NCBI GenBank assembly: GCA_951406725.2
Contig: OX597818.1
Span: 16,678,001 to 16,742,000, forward strand
Source of the DNA: Octopus vulgaris
Lineage: Eukaryota
Reading direction: 5' to 3'
DNA length: 64,000 nt
Position 1 is the first letter of the stretch, and the number at the start of each line of letters is the position of its first letter. The notes below the pieces were generated by a model. That model was given only the letters and a program-made list of their open reading frames with translations, had not been told where the DNA came from and made no database searches. The position numbers and the translations under genes are program-made. This document shows, piece by piece, positions 1-13,554 of the stretch.

Positions 1-705
1 TTTACATTTATTTCTAGAAAATATGTCAAACTTTAGTGACCTCTAATGAGGGCCTTTGTAAGAATTGTATCTGAAAGGAATTTTTGCAATATAGGTGAGT
101 TTCAATGCTCTCACTAGAAACCAATACAGATTGTAAACTTCACTTTGCTATGAATTTAATTAACGTTTATGAAAATTATCGTGGTTATCATATTAAGTAA
201 ATACGCACTTACACTATATATTAGTGTTTTAGTGGTTGTGGCAGCGATACAAAATAAATTCCTGGACATGTGTGGTGCTAATATTTTATAGTTTACTGTC
301 TCAAACTTCAGAATGGCTATCAATTAAGTGGGTGGTTAAGTTAGCATCCAGTTTTACTGAGAGCTGGTTCAGTTTTATTCTGGTTGTGTAAAGACAGACA
401 AATGTTTGTAAACACATCTGGTGAGAATGTGATTTAAGCTGGAAAAGACAAAAGAGGCAGAACACACATATGCACGCTCACACATTCTCATTCACTTTTT
501 ATGGCATGTGTAAAGAAGTTCGTTTTCCTTAACCATCATGGTTAAGGAACATGGACTATGGATACAGAAAGCCTGGCAGAAAATGGCTTTAAAAAAAAAA
601 AAATAACACCCGTTTGATGTGCCGTGTAGACCTGAGCAAATTTAGTTGTAAAAGTAGATGTGTATTAAAGGTATTAGGGAATATATATATATATATATAT
701 ATATA

Positions 706-1069
706 CTAGCACTATGACCCGGCAACGCCAGGTCATAGTGCTAGTGCTTGCATATACAGCTGCGTGCGTGCGCACATACACGCGAGTACTGTCCAAATCT
801 CCAACCAATCACATACAGCTAGCTGGCATTCAATTGGCGTATCAAGTTTCGGGCATTTGGATTGGGTTTTGGATAGAAAATTCACAAAAAAGTCACTTCT
901 ATTGATTTTTTAATGGCTTTGTGGGGTGACTGGGGAAATGTAAAGATGTGCACGACCACCCTTGGACGGTTTTGAATGACCATAGAAAGTGCAAACCCTC
1001 TAACTGAAAAATTGTTGATTTGTATAAAGGACACACACACAGACATTTTGCTGTTTATATATATAGAGA
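706..1069 (-). mobile_element. Non-autonomous Helitron-like element
   Basis: On the minus strand it starts A|TC followed by (TA)n and (TG)n, and ends with a GC-rich hairpin then CTAG|T. This gives canonical TC...CTAG termini in an AT target, inside a (TA)n tract. Confidence 0.75.
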
Positions 1070-1134
1070 TATATAATGTATGTATGTAATTTTAGACATG
1101 TAATATTTATGGATTTGTGTGTGTGTGAAAGAGG

Positions 1135-1174
<40 letters not shown>

Positions 1175-1633
1175 TTAAATCATTTGGGAGTGTCACATGT
1201 GATAGATCTGCATCCAGTCCATTTGGAAATGATCAGTCATCTACTTAATCACATCAAACTAGAGCTAATAACCCTTCGAAATCACTTGGAGAATTTAGGT
1301 AATATTTATTAGTATTAGCTTCCAGAACTAACTTTCACTATCAACTTCACTATGAATGACTCATATTTATATCTCTTCACTTGTTTTAAGTCCATTTTCC
1401 CCCCCATGTATTTGGCAAATACATCCCTGATGTATTGTTTTGCAGTCCTTTTTGTTGTTAACTCTTATCAGTTTTCAAGTAAGGGATCTCTTATTTCTGA
1501 TTTCTATAGTTCGTTCTAAGTTTAGAGGAACAATACTAATATCCTGTACAACTGATAAGGTTGTGGTTTCTCTCAGTTCAATGTATGATTGCTGTCATAG
1601 CCATCCAGCAATGGCATTCTTTGCAAGAATACC

Positions 1634-1830
1634 AGGCATGCAATGCATACTCTAGATATATAAATGCATGCCTAAAATATATGAATGCATGCAATGTTAA
1701 AGATAGACAGCTGAGTGCAATATATCTTAAGATACATGAGCGCATGCAAATGTATGCACAAGGCATGCAAATTTATGCAATGTATGTGTAAGGCATGCAA
1801 TGTATGTCTAAGGCATACAAATTCATGCAC
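1634..1830. repeat. Degenerate ~20-bp tandem repeat (AGGCATGCAA core)
   Basis: Repeated aggcatgcaa(a)tgtatg units, clearest at 1741-1830. Confidence 0.6.
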
Positions 1831-4132
1831 ATAAGTCCGATTTTAATATCTTCCATTTGTATGTGAGCGAGCTGAAACGAGGGTAGATATGTATGTACAT
1901 TCTATTTTAATTTTGTGGTTTTGGTATTTTTATTTTATTTTTAATTATATTCTCATGATTAAGTACCAGGAGTTGTGAGGTACATTATTCTAAGGTTTAG
2001 AAGGAGATTTTTCTAATAAGCAACCATATAGAAGTTCCTTTATATTGGTGAAATTGTACTTGGACACTTTCAGACAATATTTTAGAGAGAAATATGTTGG
2101 TTACTGAAGGTTGTTGCACATTCTCCAAATTGCTTTCTTCCAAATACCAATGTGTGAGAACGTTAGATTTTTCAGAGAACTCAAATGTTATGGAAGGATT
2201 TTCTTTTTGTAGACAAATCAGTTTTTCTCTGTTCATCAAACTCCCCAGATTCATTCTCAAGGCAGCTGTTTGTCTCCAAAATTACATTAAGCTAATCTGA
2301 TAAGAGACAAATCTCTTCTTCCACCCTGCTCCATAGAATTGCAGCCTGTCACAAGAACAGTATGATAACTAATCTTCAGCTAGAGTATGAAAAGCTAGCT
2401 TAGATGGTTAAAGTTTCATACTAATAATAAAGTATAAAATAGTGTAATGGATATGAACTTGAGATTCATTAGCTGGTAACATGATACTTTGCCCATTTAT
2501 CCAATTACTGATTCATGGGTGCAATCTAAAGGTTGTGAGTAGTCTTACCTCTTGTATGCTATATGAGAAGATCCACAATTTTTAGTTATAAAGTGTGTGA
2601 GGTTTTTCACTCCCCACCCTCCTATGTTGTTTAGGTAAGTAGTTGTAGAGTAATATATATGCTTTTATTTTCAATTTCACTCTCCAGTGGTGGTAAAAGC
2701 AAGGTCATTGACCTAAATTAGCACTTATCCTTTTACAATGTTTACCATTGCTTACATTGGTGAGTCATTCCATCCTGTGATGTCCATTTACAACTAGTTG
2801 AAAGGGGTTATAAAGGAAGGTGCATGGCTGAGTGGTTTGGCTGCTGTGCTCATCTCATGATAAGGTGTGGGTTTGATTGCTTGCTCAAGGATACAATGGA
2901 CTTCCATTGTATCCTCGAGCAAGGCACTTCATTTCACGTTGTTCTAGTCAACTTTACTGAAAATAAGCTGCATCTACTATAGAGTGGTACCTTGCAGATT
3001 ATTAGCCTCAAATCTTGTAAATGCTGAAATGTCAACAGCTTTTGATGGTTGTAACAATTGGTTATGTTATCAGACATGTTTCTCCTCATTCAACCCATTT
3101 TATTAACCATGTTTTTGATGAAGAACATTGACTTAATTTCAATTAATTTTGAAAATTAATAAGTTGGTAAAATAACTTCATTATTTAGTGGTGTTTGAAT
3201 CATAAATTGACATGGAATTTTGATGGAGGATTTTAATTTAGATCACTTTAAGATAGGATGTTTATCATAGAAGCAGGGGTGGGCTTGGACAAGAGATTTA
3301 ATTGCTGTGTTGAAGGTTGAGTGACTCTATAGAAGCACTCTTGTAACTTGTCTGCTTGTAAGTTCTGGTTGTTGCTACAGCAAAGATTATCATGGAGAAC
3401 TTGGTTGGGTTGTGTGACAGATACAGGTACCCTCTGTATTTTGAACCTGGTGTTGTTTAAACATCTCCCTCCCACACATAGCCTCAATTCCTTTTTATTT
3501 TTTGTTTGCACTTTTTTCCTTTCCACGTAAGTAAATTGGCAGTGTCCCAGCATGACCACAGACCTTGAGTTGAAGCTAGTAAAAATAAAATTATTGTAAT
3601 TTTTTTAAAATTTAAAAAGTATTATTTTTAGCAAGTTGCTTTTCCAAATAAGCAAAGTAGTAAGAAATGCAATAATATAAAGATTTTGGGGTTGTTTGAA
3701 TAGAGTGCTGTATTTGATAAATTACCTTCAGCAATAACTTGAGACATTTATGTTCTTCAATGACCATCAGGGAATAAAATTTTATAATTGAGAATGTGAA
3801 GAAAGTATAAAGAATCTCCTATAATTGCGTTTGGCATTAATGGAAGGTGGTGGGAGTGAATATAGACAAAAAAAAAGTCTTGATTTTTAATCCAATGTCA
3901 GCTCTGAATGAGCAGAACAATGATCAAGGACATTCAAGCCATGACTTTTCCTTTATCCCACCATGGTAGAATGGTTTGGAAGGCTGCTATTTTTAGCAAG
4001 CCAAGCAACTATGTAGAGGCTTCCTCATTTGTTTATGGTGCAAGAAACAGAAGTGAGTGCAGTACTGTACATGGTGTGTGTGTGTGTGTCTTTTGTGTAG
4101 CTAGAATAAACTCTTCTCTTTAGTTATTTTTA

Positions 4133-4530
4133 TCTTTACTTGTTTCAGTCATTTGACTATGGCCATGCTGGGACATCACCATGAAAAATTTTTAGTTAAA
4201 TGAATTGACTCCAGTACTTATTTTGCTTTAAGCCTGGCACTTATTCATGGTCTCTTTTACCGAACTGGTAAATTATGCAGGCATAAACACACCAATGCTG
4301 GTTGCCAAATGATGATTGGGGATAAATAAACACACACACAACTGGTTTTTTTTAGTTTCTTATTTCTTTATTGCCCAGAAGGAGCTAAACATAGAGGAGA
4401 TAAACAAGGACAGAAAAAAGGATTAAGTTGATTACATTGACCCCAGTGCGTAACTGGTACTATACCTGAGGCTATAGAAGACACTTGCCCAAGGTGCTAC
4501 ACAGTGGGACTGAACCTGGAACATGTCAGT
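4133..4530 (-). mobile_element. tRNA-derived SINE family A, decayed, with an embedded Meta-like SINE tail (~4355-4460)
   Basis: Reverse complement of the family A tail (ttttacttgtttcagtcatttgact...) and of the head (agaagacacttgcccaagg...gggactgaacc). Confidence 0.7.
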
Positions 4531-6869
4531 CTATATGTCAGTACTGAGGGTCCACCTAATCACAACTGTACACTTCACTGTATTTTCTGTAAGATCTTTA
4601 TACCCATGTATCTGAATACAAAAGACAGCAATGCAAGTCTTGTTAATTATCATTGCTGTTGTCAAAGTACAGTGATGGGATTTGATCCTCTGGTTGGTTG
4701 ATAACCTTATCAATTCTGTTAACCTTTCTGTCAATAAACATGCATACATTAACACACATATATACATGTGTACCTAAATGTTAATACTTATACATATCAA
4801 TATTCTTTCTAAACCATTTAATCAGCTGTCCTATTCATAGTCTCTTCTGATCAACAGTTGGCCATAGGATTGAGGTAGGTTTGTAGTAATGTTTGAACAA
4901 ACTATGAACATTCTTTTCATTCATAATCTTCCAGAAATCAAACAACAATGATCTACTACAGTGTAAATACTTTGACAATGATTACACAACTCTATGTCAA
5001 CACTACTGGTAAGAGTGGAGGGGGACATGGGGTTGTAGTTAGGGGTGTGTGATGGTTGCTATCTGAATGTATGTATCTGCTGCTTGGAGATCTAACATAC
5101 ACACACGCAAACATACACAGATCTTTGTTTTGATCTGATTATTTCATTTGTTCAATCAACTGAACTCTTTACTTATTGAATTAACATGTATGTGATGGCA
5201 TGTTAACATGTATATATCTTTTACTTGTTTCAGTCATTAGACTGCAGCCATGCTGGAGCATCGCCTTGAATTTTTTAGTAGAATGAATTGACCTCAGCAT
5301 TTCTTTTTTTTAAAGCCTGGTATTTAGTCTATCGATCTCTGACCAAAGGCTGATCAAAGTTTTGTGAATGGTATTAGTAGACAGAAATTGTCTGACACCA
5401 TATGTAGTGTGAGTGTGTGCAAATGTTCACATTCTGTCGATTTGTTTGTCCCTGTCTGAGTGAAATATGCTGTTTGCATTTCTTGATATTACAACCAGTT
5501 GCTCTCCACTTTCAAAGACCACAGAAACTTAAAAACTCTCTTACCTATAAAACAGGTTCAATTTGCCAGCAGATAGGGCATCCAGCCATATAATTCTTCT
5601 TCAAATAAGATCCTAAATGCTACTATGGAAAAATGTCTGTTAAATGAACAAATTTTTTATACATATGCATGTGCATACACTCAACATACACAGTTCAATC
5701 TTGCAAGAACAGAAAGAAAGTATTAGAAAAAGCCCCCCCTCTCCTGACAGGAAAATACCCCTGGCTATTGATAACATATTTCCTGCACCTGTTATTACTG
5801 TCTAGCCATGTTTTCTCCACCCATCAGTTTTTTGGTGGGGAAGTTTACCTCACTTCCCAGCCCACCATCTTCATATTATCTCAAGCTTCTACCCTTCCTT
5901 CCTTCACTGTATCCGGGGTGGGTGGGTTCATGCTGGGTGTCTACTAAGCACCATTTCATGATTTCACATATGGTAATTTTACCTTTAAAGCCTAGACTTG
6001 AAACTCTAAACTGGACTGCAAATTTTTGAATCGTCAACTCTAGGTTGACCCTTACTGAGCAGGCTTACGATCAAAAGCATTCCAACCATGACCAGGACTA
6101 CAGTAGATGTGCCCTTCTTGTTCAACACTGAAGAAAGTGATTTGAGGGAATTTGTCTATATCTTGCACATTGAATGTTCATATAGAAGCTTCCCCAAGAA
6201 ATTACTGCCTTGTATGTTTCAATATTCACTAGCTGTCTGCTATGTGAAATATGATGGGATGATGGGAAGACAAATAAGTGATATTAAAAGGGGGATGCTT
6301 TGCGTAACCCTCTTGTCATTGTACACTTAAATAGCTTCCTATATTGGCTGTGGTAGTGACCATGGGAGAATAAATATACTTGTTCACTTTTGAGTGGTTC
6401 TAAGAATGGATGCTTTGGACAGATTAAAGGAAGAGTCATCTATCCCTTTGGATTACTTTAAAAAAATTTTTTTGCAATGCATTTTTTTCTCTTGTAAGAC
6501 AGCCCCATCTGCTCCACCCTATAATGTTAAATTGTTTTTTATTGATCAGGTGACTATATGCATACATATGTTCCACGTGTGTGTGTGTGAAGATACATAG
6601 CATGGTTTAGACTTGTACTCACTGTCACAACATCATGATTTCGATTCCAAGACTGTGCAGTGAAATGTTCTTGAGCAAAACACTTCATTTCATATTGCTG
6701 TGCGATTGCTTTGATATGTGACATGTACCACATCATGCGCCTCTACTGGCAATGCTGGTTTGGTGGAGAGAGTGAGATAATGTGATTGTCTGTACTGGTT
6801 GTTCAGTAAGAACTTGCGTAACCTTCATGTCATTTTTGACAGAAGAATTAACTCTATATATGCTATAGC

Positions 6870-7805
6870 TTGTTTTAGTCACTTGACTGCAGCCATGTTG
6901 GAGCACCACCTCAAAGGGTTTTTAGTTGAAGAAATTGACCCCAGGACTTATTCTCTGTAAGCTTTGTACTAATCAGCCTCTTTTGCCGAACTGCTAAGTG
7001 ATGCTTGGGGAACAAACACAGACACACATAAATAAATAAATAAATAAATAAATATATATATATATTTATATATATGTATACTTATAAACACAGTAGGCTT
7101 CTTTAAGTTTCTATCTACCAACTCCACTCACAAGGGTTTGTCAGTCCGAAGCTATAGTGGCAGACATTTGCCCAAGGCGATATCTTTTATCTTTTACTTG
7201 TTTCAGTCATTGACTGTGGCCATGCTGGAACACCATCCTGCAGCATTCTAGTTGAACAAATCAACCTCAATGCTTATTTTTTAAAGCCTGGTACTTATTC
7301 TGTTGGTCTGTTATGCTGCACTGCTAAGTCACAAGGTTGTATACATACCAACACCAGTTGTCAATCAGTAGTGGGGAACAAACATATACAGACACACATA
7401 CACACACAATTTTTTTTTTATGTAGGTACGCATAAGTGTGTTATTGTCTTGGAGATTTTTATGGTAGTTGAATAGACATTAGCGTCTATTTCTAATTCAG
7501 TACGTGGCGAGGAACTTAGCTGACCTGTGATTATAATTATGTGTATAATTATATAATTCACCTAAAAAGTGTTTTTTAACTTACTGACTGCTTGGTAAAA
7601 TTATTAACTAATTTTACCCTATATTATTATTAAAATTGTATATATATATATAACGATATGACGGACTTCTTTCAGTTTCTGTATACCAAATCGTCTCACA
7701 AGGCTTTGGTTGGCCTGAGGCTATAATAGAAGACACTTGCCCAAAATGCTATGCAGTGGGACAGAACCCAGTTGAGAAGCAAACTTCTTACTACACAGCC
7801 ATGCC
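6870..7805 (-). mobile_element. Two adjacent SINE family A copies (6870-7180 and 7190-7805, the second interrupted)
   Basis: Homologous by eye to the full-length copy at 13555-13950, in reverse orientation. Confidence 0.75.
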
Positions 7806-8617
7806 TGTGTGTAAAGTTTGTTCACCAATACCTTGAGTACGGTTTCAGGTATGGCTTGTGTAAGTTAAGAAAGTTTACTTCATGACCATGTTGTTGAGAA
7901 AGATACATCTAAATCATTCATGTGATTCTTGACTGCAATAAAATCTCAAAAACGTGCACCACTAACAATGAGTTCATCCACAAGAATGGTTAGAAACAAT
8001 TAAGTAGTAACTTGATTGTTTCAGTTAGTGAATTGGCAGAATGCTTTGCAGTATTTGCGCTGACAGTGCTTTGGGTTCAAGTCCTACCAAGGTCAACATT
8101 GTTTTGCATCTTTTCTGGGTTGATAACTAAAAACATACCAACCCAGGGTAGTAGATTGGCTGAACTGTAATGACATTGGACAGGTTGTCTTGTAATAAGT
8201 TCTTCCTGCTTTTTGAGTTCTGATTTTGAATGTTGCTGTGGCCTACTTGAGTGCTAAAATTAATCCTTTACGTAGTTCATCTCACTTACTTGGCACCTTT
8301 GGTGCATTTAGCAGAGTATACTCTATTGTAAGCATTCAAGCTAAACTGTTTGAAGATACCTTCCTTCCTCTTTCCCACTTGTCCTCAAGTCTTTTGTGAG
8401 GTGTTATAAGTGCATGCAAGGGACTCTTTAATTAAAACAAACAAAATATCTGATATGATATTGGAGAAGTGGTGTGTTTTTGATACATTTCAAAGAAAGG
8501 CTGCTCCCTATATGCACACATACTTGCATTTGTATGTATACAATACATACATCTATTTTATGTTTGTCTTTATATGTATGTATATATGTATCTATATATG
8601 CATTATGTACAAATGTG

Positions 8618-8661
<44 letters not shown>

Positions 8662-8710
8662 TATGTATGTTTCTCTGAAACTGGTTGCTGCATGTGTGTG
8701 TATGTATATA

Positions 8711-8751
<41 letters not shown>

Positions 8752-8782
8752 ATTATAATTAATTTTATTGTATCGCATTTAT

Positions 8783-8830
<48 letters not shown>

Positions 8831-8955
8831 CACTGACTCAACATTTCTTATTAAATTCTGTCTCAGATAATATTTCAGTGTTATGACACACACGTGTGTA
8901 TTATTTATAACTACACATTGTCTTGTGTGTCTAAGTTAAATAGGATAACAATGTC

Positions 8956-9294
8956 AGACAAAGGTTTGGTCCAGCTAGCCTTTTTTTGATCGACTGCACA
9001 CATCAGCTAGTGTACACATATGCCTGTCAGATTATACTTTCTATAACAAAGGTGAAGTGAGCACTTTTATTTTTTATACCACAAAATAATCAAAGGATAT
9101 ATATATATATATATATATGTGTGTGTATATATATATATATATATATACATACATATATATAATATAAAAATATAAAAGTGCTCATTTCACCTTTGTTGTT
9201 ATAGAATAGGGTAGAATCTGATATGTATGTGGGTATACCAGCTGGTGTGTGTGTGCAGTCAACTAAAAAGGCTAACTTGATCAAGCTTTTGTCT
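8956..9294. repeat. Foldback: ~125-bp inverted arms around a (TA)n/(TG)n spacer
   Basis: 8956-9078 is a diverged reverse complement of 9163-9294 (e.g. aacaaaggtgaagtgagcacttttat / ataaaagtgctcatttcacctttgtt). Confidence 0.8.
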
Positions 9295-9749
9295 CCCGTG
9301 TTGGCATGGTTGGATGGTTTGTCACAATCTTGAGTAAGCTCTTATTTGATAGTATTGCTCTTCTAGACAGCTAGGGACTATATCATATTATCTTGAATTT
9401 TTTTTTCAAGTGTTTGGTTTTCTTCCTGATACCAAATGCTTTAGTGTGTACTGAGTGTTTTTTCTCACAACACCAACATTTAAGAGCTCCTCATGTCCTA
9501 AGACAAATTAAAGAGTCTTCTCAACCCTACATTCTCTCTGTTAATCAATTACTTTACAGAGTGTACTGGGTGCATTTACAAGTGCTACTTTGGCATGTGA
9601 TCTACAACCTAATGGGTTATTTTTTTAGTTTACTTTTCAATTTTCTAAAACGCCTTAACTGTTAGCTAAAATTTTTTTTACAATAAATTCTTTTGTACAT
9701 ACTTAGCATTGTAAATGTATTTTTTCAAAATTGTTACTATTTTAATAAC

Positions 9750-10107
9750 AACAGGAGCACTCAGATTGCACAAAACCTCCACCAGGGCAACACCATTGTC
9801 CTCTCAATGATTAGTCAGAAATGATTTTTAAAATGAGAATATCTGAAATAAACTTGAATGCTCTTATAAGTGAGAATATTAAAAATGAACCTGACCGCTC
9901 TCAAAAATTAAGTGAAAAACAGGAAAAATAATCCAGAATCCTTGTCCGGTACTGGATCGATCCCAAAATCTAATCAGTTTGTGCCAGTCATGAGGCCAAA
10001 CATCTCTGAAAGTATCATCAGAATCCATCCAGCGGTTCTTGAGATATCTTATCCATGGACAAACATGACTGAAAACAGAACCTCTGCCTTTGCTAAGTCG
10101 GAAGTAA
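9750..10107 (-). mobile_element. Helentron-associated (DINE-1/HINE-like) non-autonomous element
   Basis: Subterminal motif aacctcc(a/g)cc near 9775, and a terminal palindrome acctctgcc-tttgctaa-gtcggaagt at 10080-10105; A/T-rich flanks, no TSD. Confidence 0.5.
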
Positions 10108-10187
10108 TAAAACTATGTTTCATTTATGTCTTAGTGATTAATAATGAGAAACCAAGCATAAACAAGATAATAATTAAAATAAGTGTA

Positions 10188-11120
10188 GGCACAGACGTGG
10201 CTGTTTGGTAAGTAGCTTGCTTTTGTTCTGCTATCTCAGGGGAGGGGCTATTAACAGTTTCGTGGAGAATGATATGGATAGTCGGGTCCTGAGGGACCTG
10301 ACTTGTATTGACAGCTCAGAGTGGCCTTCACAGGTAGCTGCTCTGGTGCTGGAAAGAAAATACTGTGATCTGATAATTGACTCATGTAAAAACAAGAATT
10401 ATAGAATTCATTTTTGGAGTCCCGGATTGCGGTTGCAGAAATGCCTGCAAGTTGCAAGAAAATTACTCGGGGAAGGATTGTAAAGGTTTATCGCCACCAA
10501 TTTGTGTATAAATTGTGTTTTATAATTGTATGGACTTTTTAGTCCAAATATATTGTATTTTAGATTGTAAGAGGGTTAATACCTCTGTATATGCGTTTTT
10601 AAAGAACAATGTTTTAGAGAAGCAGAGGGTCGGCGGGCGCTTTCTGTCTGCTCCCATCTTTATCATTTTTGGATCATAATCATTCACCTCATCAATGTCT
10701 ATGTCTTGCCCTCAAAGCTACCTTATCTATATGCTGCCTACATGGCAAATTTAATGAATAAAAGTAGCTTGCTTACCGACCACATGGTTCTGGGTTCAGT
10801 CCCACTGCATAGCACTTTGGGCAAGTGTCTTCTACTATAGCCTCAGGCTGACCAAAGCCTCGTGAGTGGATTTGGTAGACAGAAACTGAAAGAAGCCCAT
10901 TGTAATATATGTATGTGTCTTTATTTGTCTCCCCAACATTTCTTGACAACCGATGCTGGTGTGTTTACATTCCTGTAACTTAGCAGTTCGGCAAAAGAGG
11001 CCAATAGAATAAGTACTAGGCTTACAAAGAATAAGTCCTGGGCTCGATTTGCTCAGCTAAAGGCGGTGCTCCAGCATGGCCACAGTCAAATGACTGAAAC
11101 AAATGAGAAAAGGAAAAGAT
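10188..11120 (+). mobile_element. SINE family A (CORE-like) interrupted by a 539-bp insertion
   Basis: Head ggcacagacgtggctgtttggtaagtagcttgctt resumes at 10762; B-box-like ggttcagtccc; tail ...cagtcaaatgactgaaacaa. Confidence 0.85.
10223..10761 (+). mobile_element. 5'-truncated retroposed insert (LINE 3' end or mRNA retrocopy) with 13-bp TSD
   Basis: Flanked by aagtagcttgctt at 10210-10222 and 10762-10774. It holds an open frame to TAA at 10483, an AT-rich 3' UTR-like stretch and a terminal AATAAA. Confidence 0.75.
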
Positions 11121-11440
11121 CACACAAGTTTGGCAGCCATGAGTTTTGCAACATAAAGAAACTAAAAACTAACCTGAAGTGCTCACCCTTGGAGTTGTAG
11201 ATCACATGCCAAAGTAGCACCCATTTACCACTGCACTAGCAAACCATAAAAAATTTTTCACTACTCTATTAGGCCCTACTTACTGTGTGTTCTCTTCACT
11301 GAGAATCCAGCTGGGTTGACAGCTCATGTTTGTTGACCATATGGTCATTGCAAATGAGGAGATATCTTGGTGGAGATGGAAACTGACTGGGACACTGTTC
11401 GATGGGTTACCTGGGAGGACCCAGGGAATATACTGACAAA

Positions 11441-11770
11441 TGGCAGTTTAGTGGTAAGAGTGTTGATCACAATCATGAGGTAGTGAGTTTGATTCTCAGA
11501 CCAGGCTGTGTGTTGTGTTCTTGAGCAAAACACTTTATTTCTTGTTGCTCCAGTTCATTCACCTGTAGAAATGAGTTGCATCGTCAATGGTGCCAATCTG
11601 TATTGGTCTTTGCTTTTCCCTTGGATAACATTGGTGGCATAGAGAGGGGAGGTTGGTAAGCTTGTATGGTGGCTGCTGGTCTTCCATAAACAACCTTGCT
11701 TAGACTTGTACCTGGGAGGGGAACTTTCTTGGTGCAATCCCATGGTAATTCATGACCAAAGGGGGTCCTT
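11441..11770 (+). mobile_element. tRNA-derived SINE family B (CORE-like)
   Basis: tRNA-like head (gagtttgattc B box) followed by gtgttgtgttcttgagcaaaacactttattt; homologous to 43100-43428. Confidence 0.75.
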
Positions 11771-12068
11771 CCTTCTTCGATGAATGCAACAAGTGCTGCA
11801 ATGGTGCATGCCTCCACTCCTGACCTCAGCTGACTCTATGTCGGCTCCATTTTTTTTTGAAGAGTGTAAAGCTGAGAGAGAGTGATGACAGAAAAACCAG
11901 GTCAAGAGAGTGGTAACAAAATGAGCAAGAGAAACAAACTATTTGGGAGGCAGAGAAAATCTGCCTTTTATCATAAGAGATAAGGATATGTGATGGATAC
12001 CAGTACTGAGTAAAAAGAAGTCAAGACTACAATAAGATGTTGTCCCCAACTGTCTAGTAGAGCAGTAA

Positions 12069-12928
12069 TCTATATCAATAAAAGGCAGGAAGTGTGTGTG
12101 TGTGTAAATTTGCTAACATGAGTTAAGTCCCCTGTCTGGCAGTGGCGTAAAAGAAAAACAAAGGGTAAATTTTTAGATTAATACCCGCACGATTTTCACT
12201 AAGAAAAAAAACTTGGATTTTTTGCGTGAAACCAAGTACCCTGACCTCCTAATATGCTGCAAATCCCTTATTTTGGTTCGGAAAAAAGGGGTGTAGGGTT
12301 AGGTGGGTTCCTCTCCTCCATCCCAGAATCATTGAAATTTTTTTTTTTTGTTGAATGGATTCCTGTGACCTTAATATACTACAAAACCCTTTTTGGGGTC
12401 CGAAAAATGGGGTCGGGTGAAGTGGAAGCCCCAGAAATTTCACCCCTTACCCCCATTGATCTTTTCACTCATTGTGTTCGGTTAAATCCTATTTGGGGTG
12501 AAAAATCAATAAATTGATTCCTTATGGGGTTTTCCATTCAATCAGGATGAAAAATCTATTAACCAATTCTTTATAGGATTTCCCTACTAAAATTGGCTAT
12601 ATCCCATTTTCAACCATAATTTTTACCAATTTTGACATATTTTGTTCAAACTTGATGCTGGCAATTACTTAGGACTCATGGGATCTTTGAGTACTTTAAG
12701 TTCTCCAAAAAACAAAAAAATGGATGAGTGGAAAAAATCGATAAACCAATTCCTTATGGGATTTTCCAATCAAATTGTCTGCAACCCATTTTCAGCCAAA
12801 TGTTTAACAATTTCAATGGATTTTGCTCAAATTTGATGTCGATGTTACTTAGTTTGGTTTGAAATAAAGCACTTGATTAGCTTAATAATCCTAACTCAAT
12901 CCTGGGCAATGTCAGGCTATACTGCTAA
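12069..12928 (+). mobile_element. Helitron-like non-autonomous element with internal repeats
   Basis: Starts A|TCTATATCAATAAAA then (GT)n; ends with a degenerate hairpin cctgggcaatgtcagg and CTAA|T. Internal diverged repeats aaaaatc.ataa.cca.attc.ttat.gg.ttt.cc occur near 12500, 12550 and 12732. Confidence 0.55.
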
Positions 12929-13554
12929 TATTAAATAAGAATTTACTCAAATTGTGGTGGTGGTGGGGAATGGTATAATGATAAGTAAGAATGATGGTAA
13001 CATGTACTGGATGCAGAGCCAATGTAATTTCTCTTAGACTGGTGTCTTAATGGGAGAGAGTGTCACGAACAAAGTGAGGAGTAAATGAAGGAAGATGCAG
13101 TGCTACTCTTTGTTAGAAAAGCAAAATTATACAATGAACAGGAGAGACGGGGAGAGAGAGAGAGTGGATGTTAGATGAGATGGTGTCAAAAAGGAGAGAC
13201 TTAACAGGAATGTTATGGACTAGGATCTCTAAATATAGATCACCATACTTCATGCTTAGGCAAATCTTCTGCAGCATTGCATGGTCCTTTGTTATCTTAA
13301 TGCAGCTTAACATCTTGAAATCTGTTTTTTTACCACTTTGTCCCATGTCTTCCTAAGTGTTCCTTTTCCCTTTTCCACAGGTTTTATCAAATCGAAGGAC
13401 TCAGTATTCCTTTATACAATTGTTATTCTCCATACATCTCATACCTATACAAGCACACTCTGTTCTCTTACAATATCTGATTCTCTCTTGTATCCATATT
13501 TTCCTCTCTGTTCCTTTTGTGCTCTGTTTTTTATGCTCACTAACATTACACATA

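Noticed and set aside
1997-2300. 87-aa and 68-aa ORFs as a host exon
   Set aside because: No recognisable domain or supported splice structure.
8410-8886. 158-aa ORF and overlapping ORFs
   Set aside because: Built from (TA)n/(CA)n microsatellites (YIYIYI, THTHTH); not coding.
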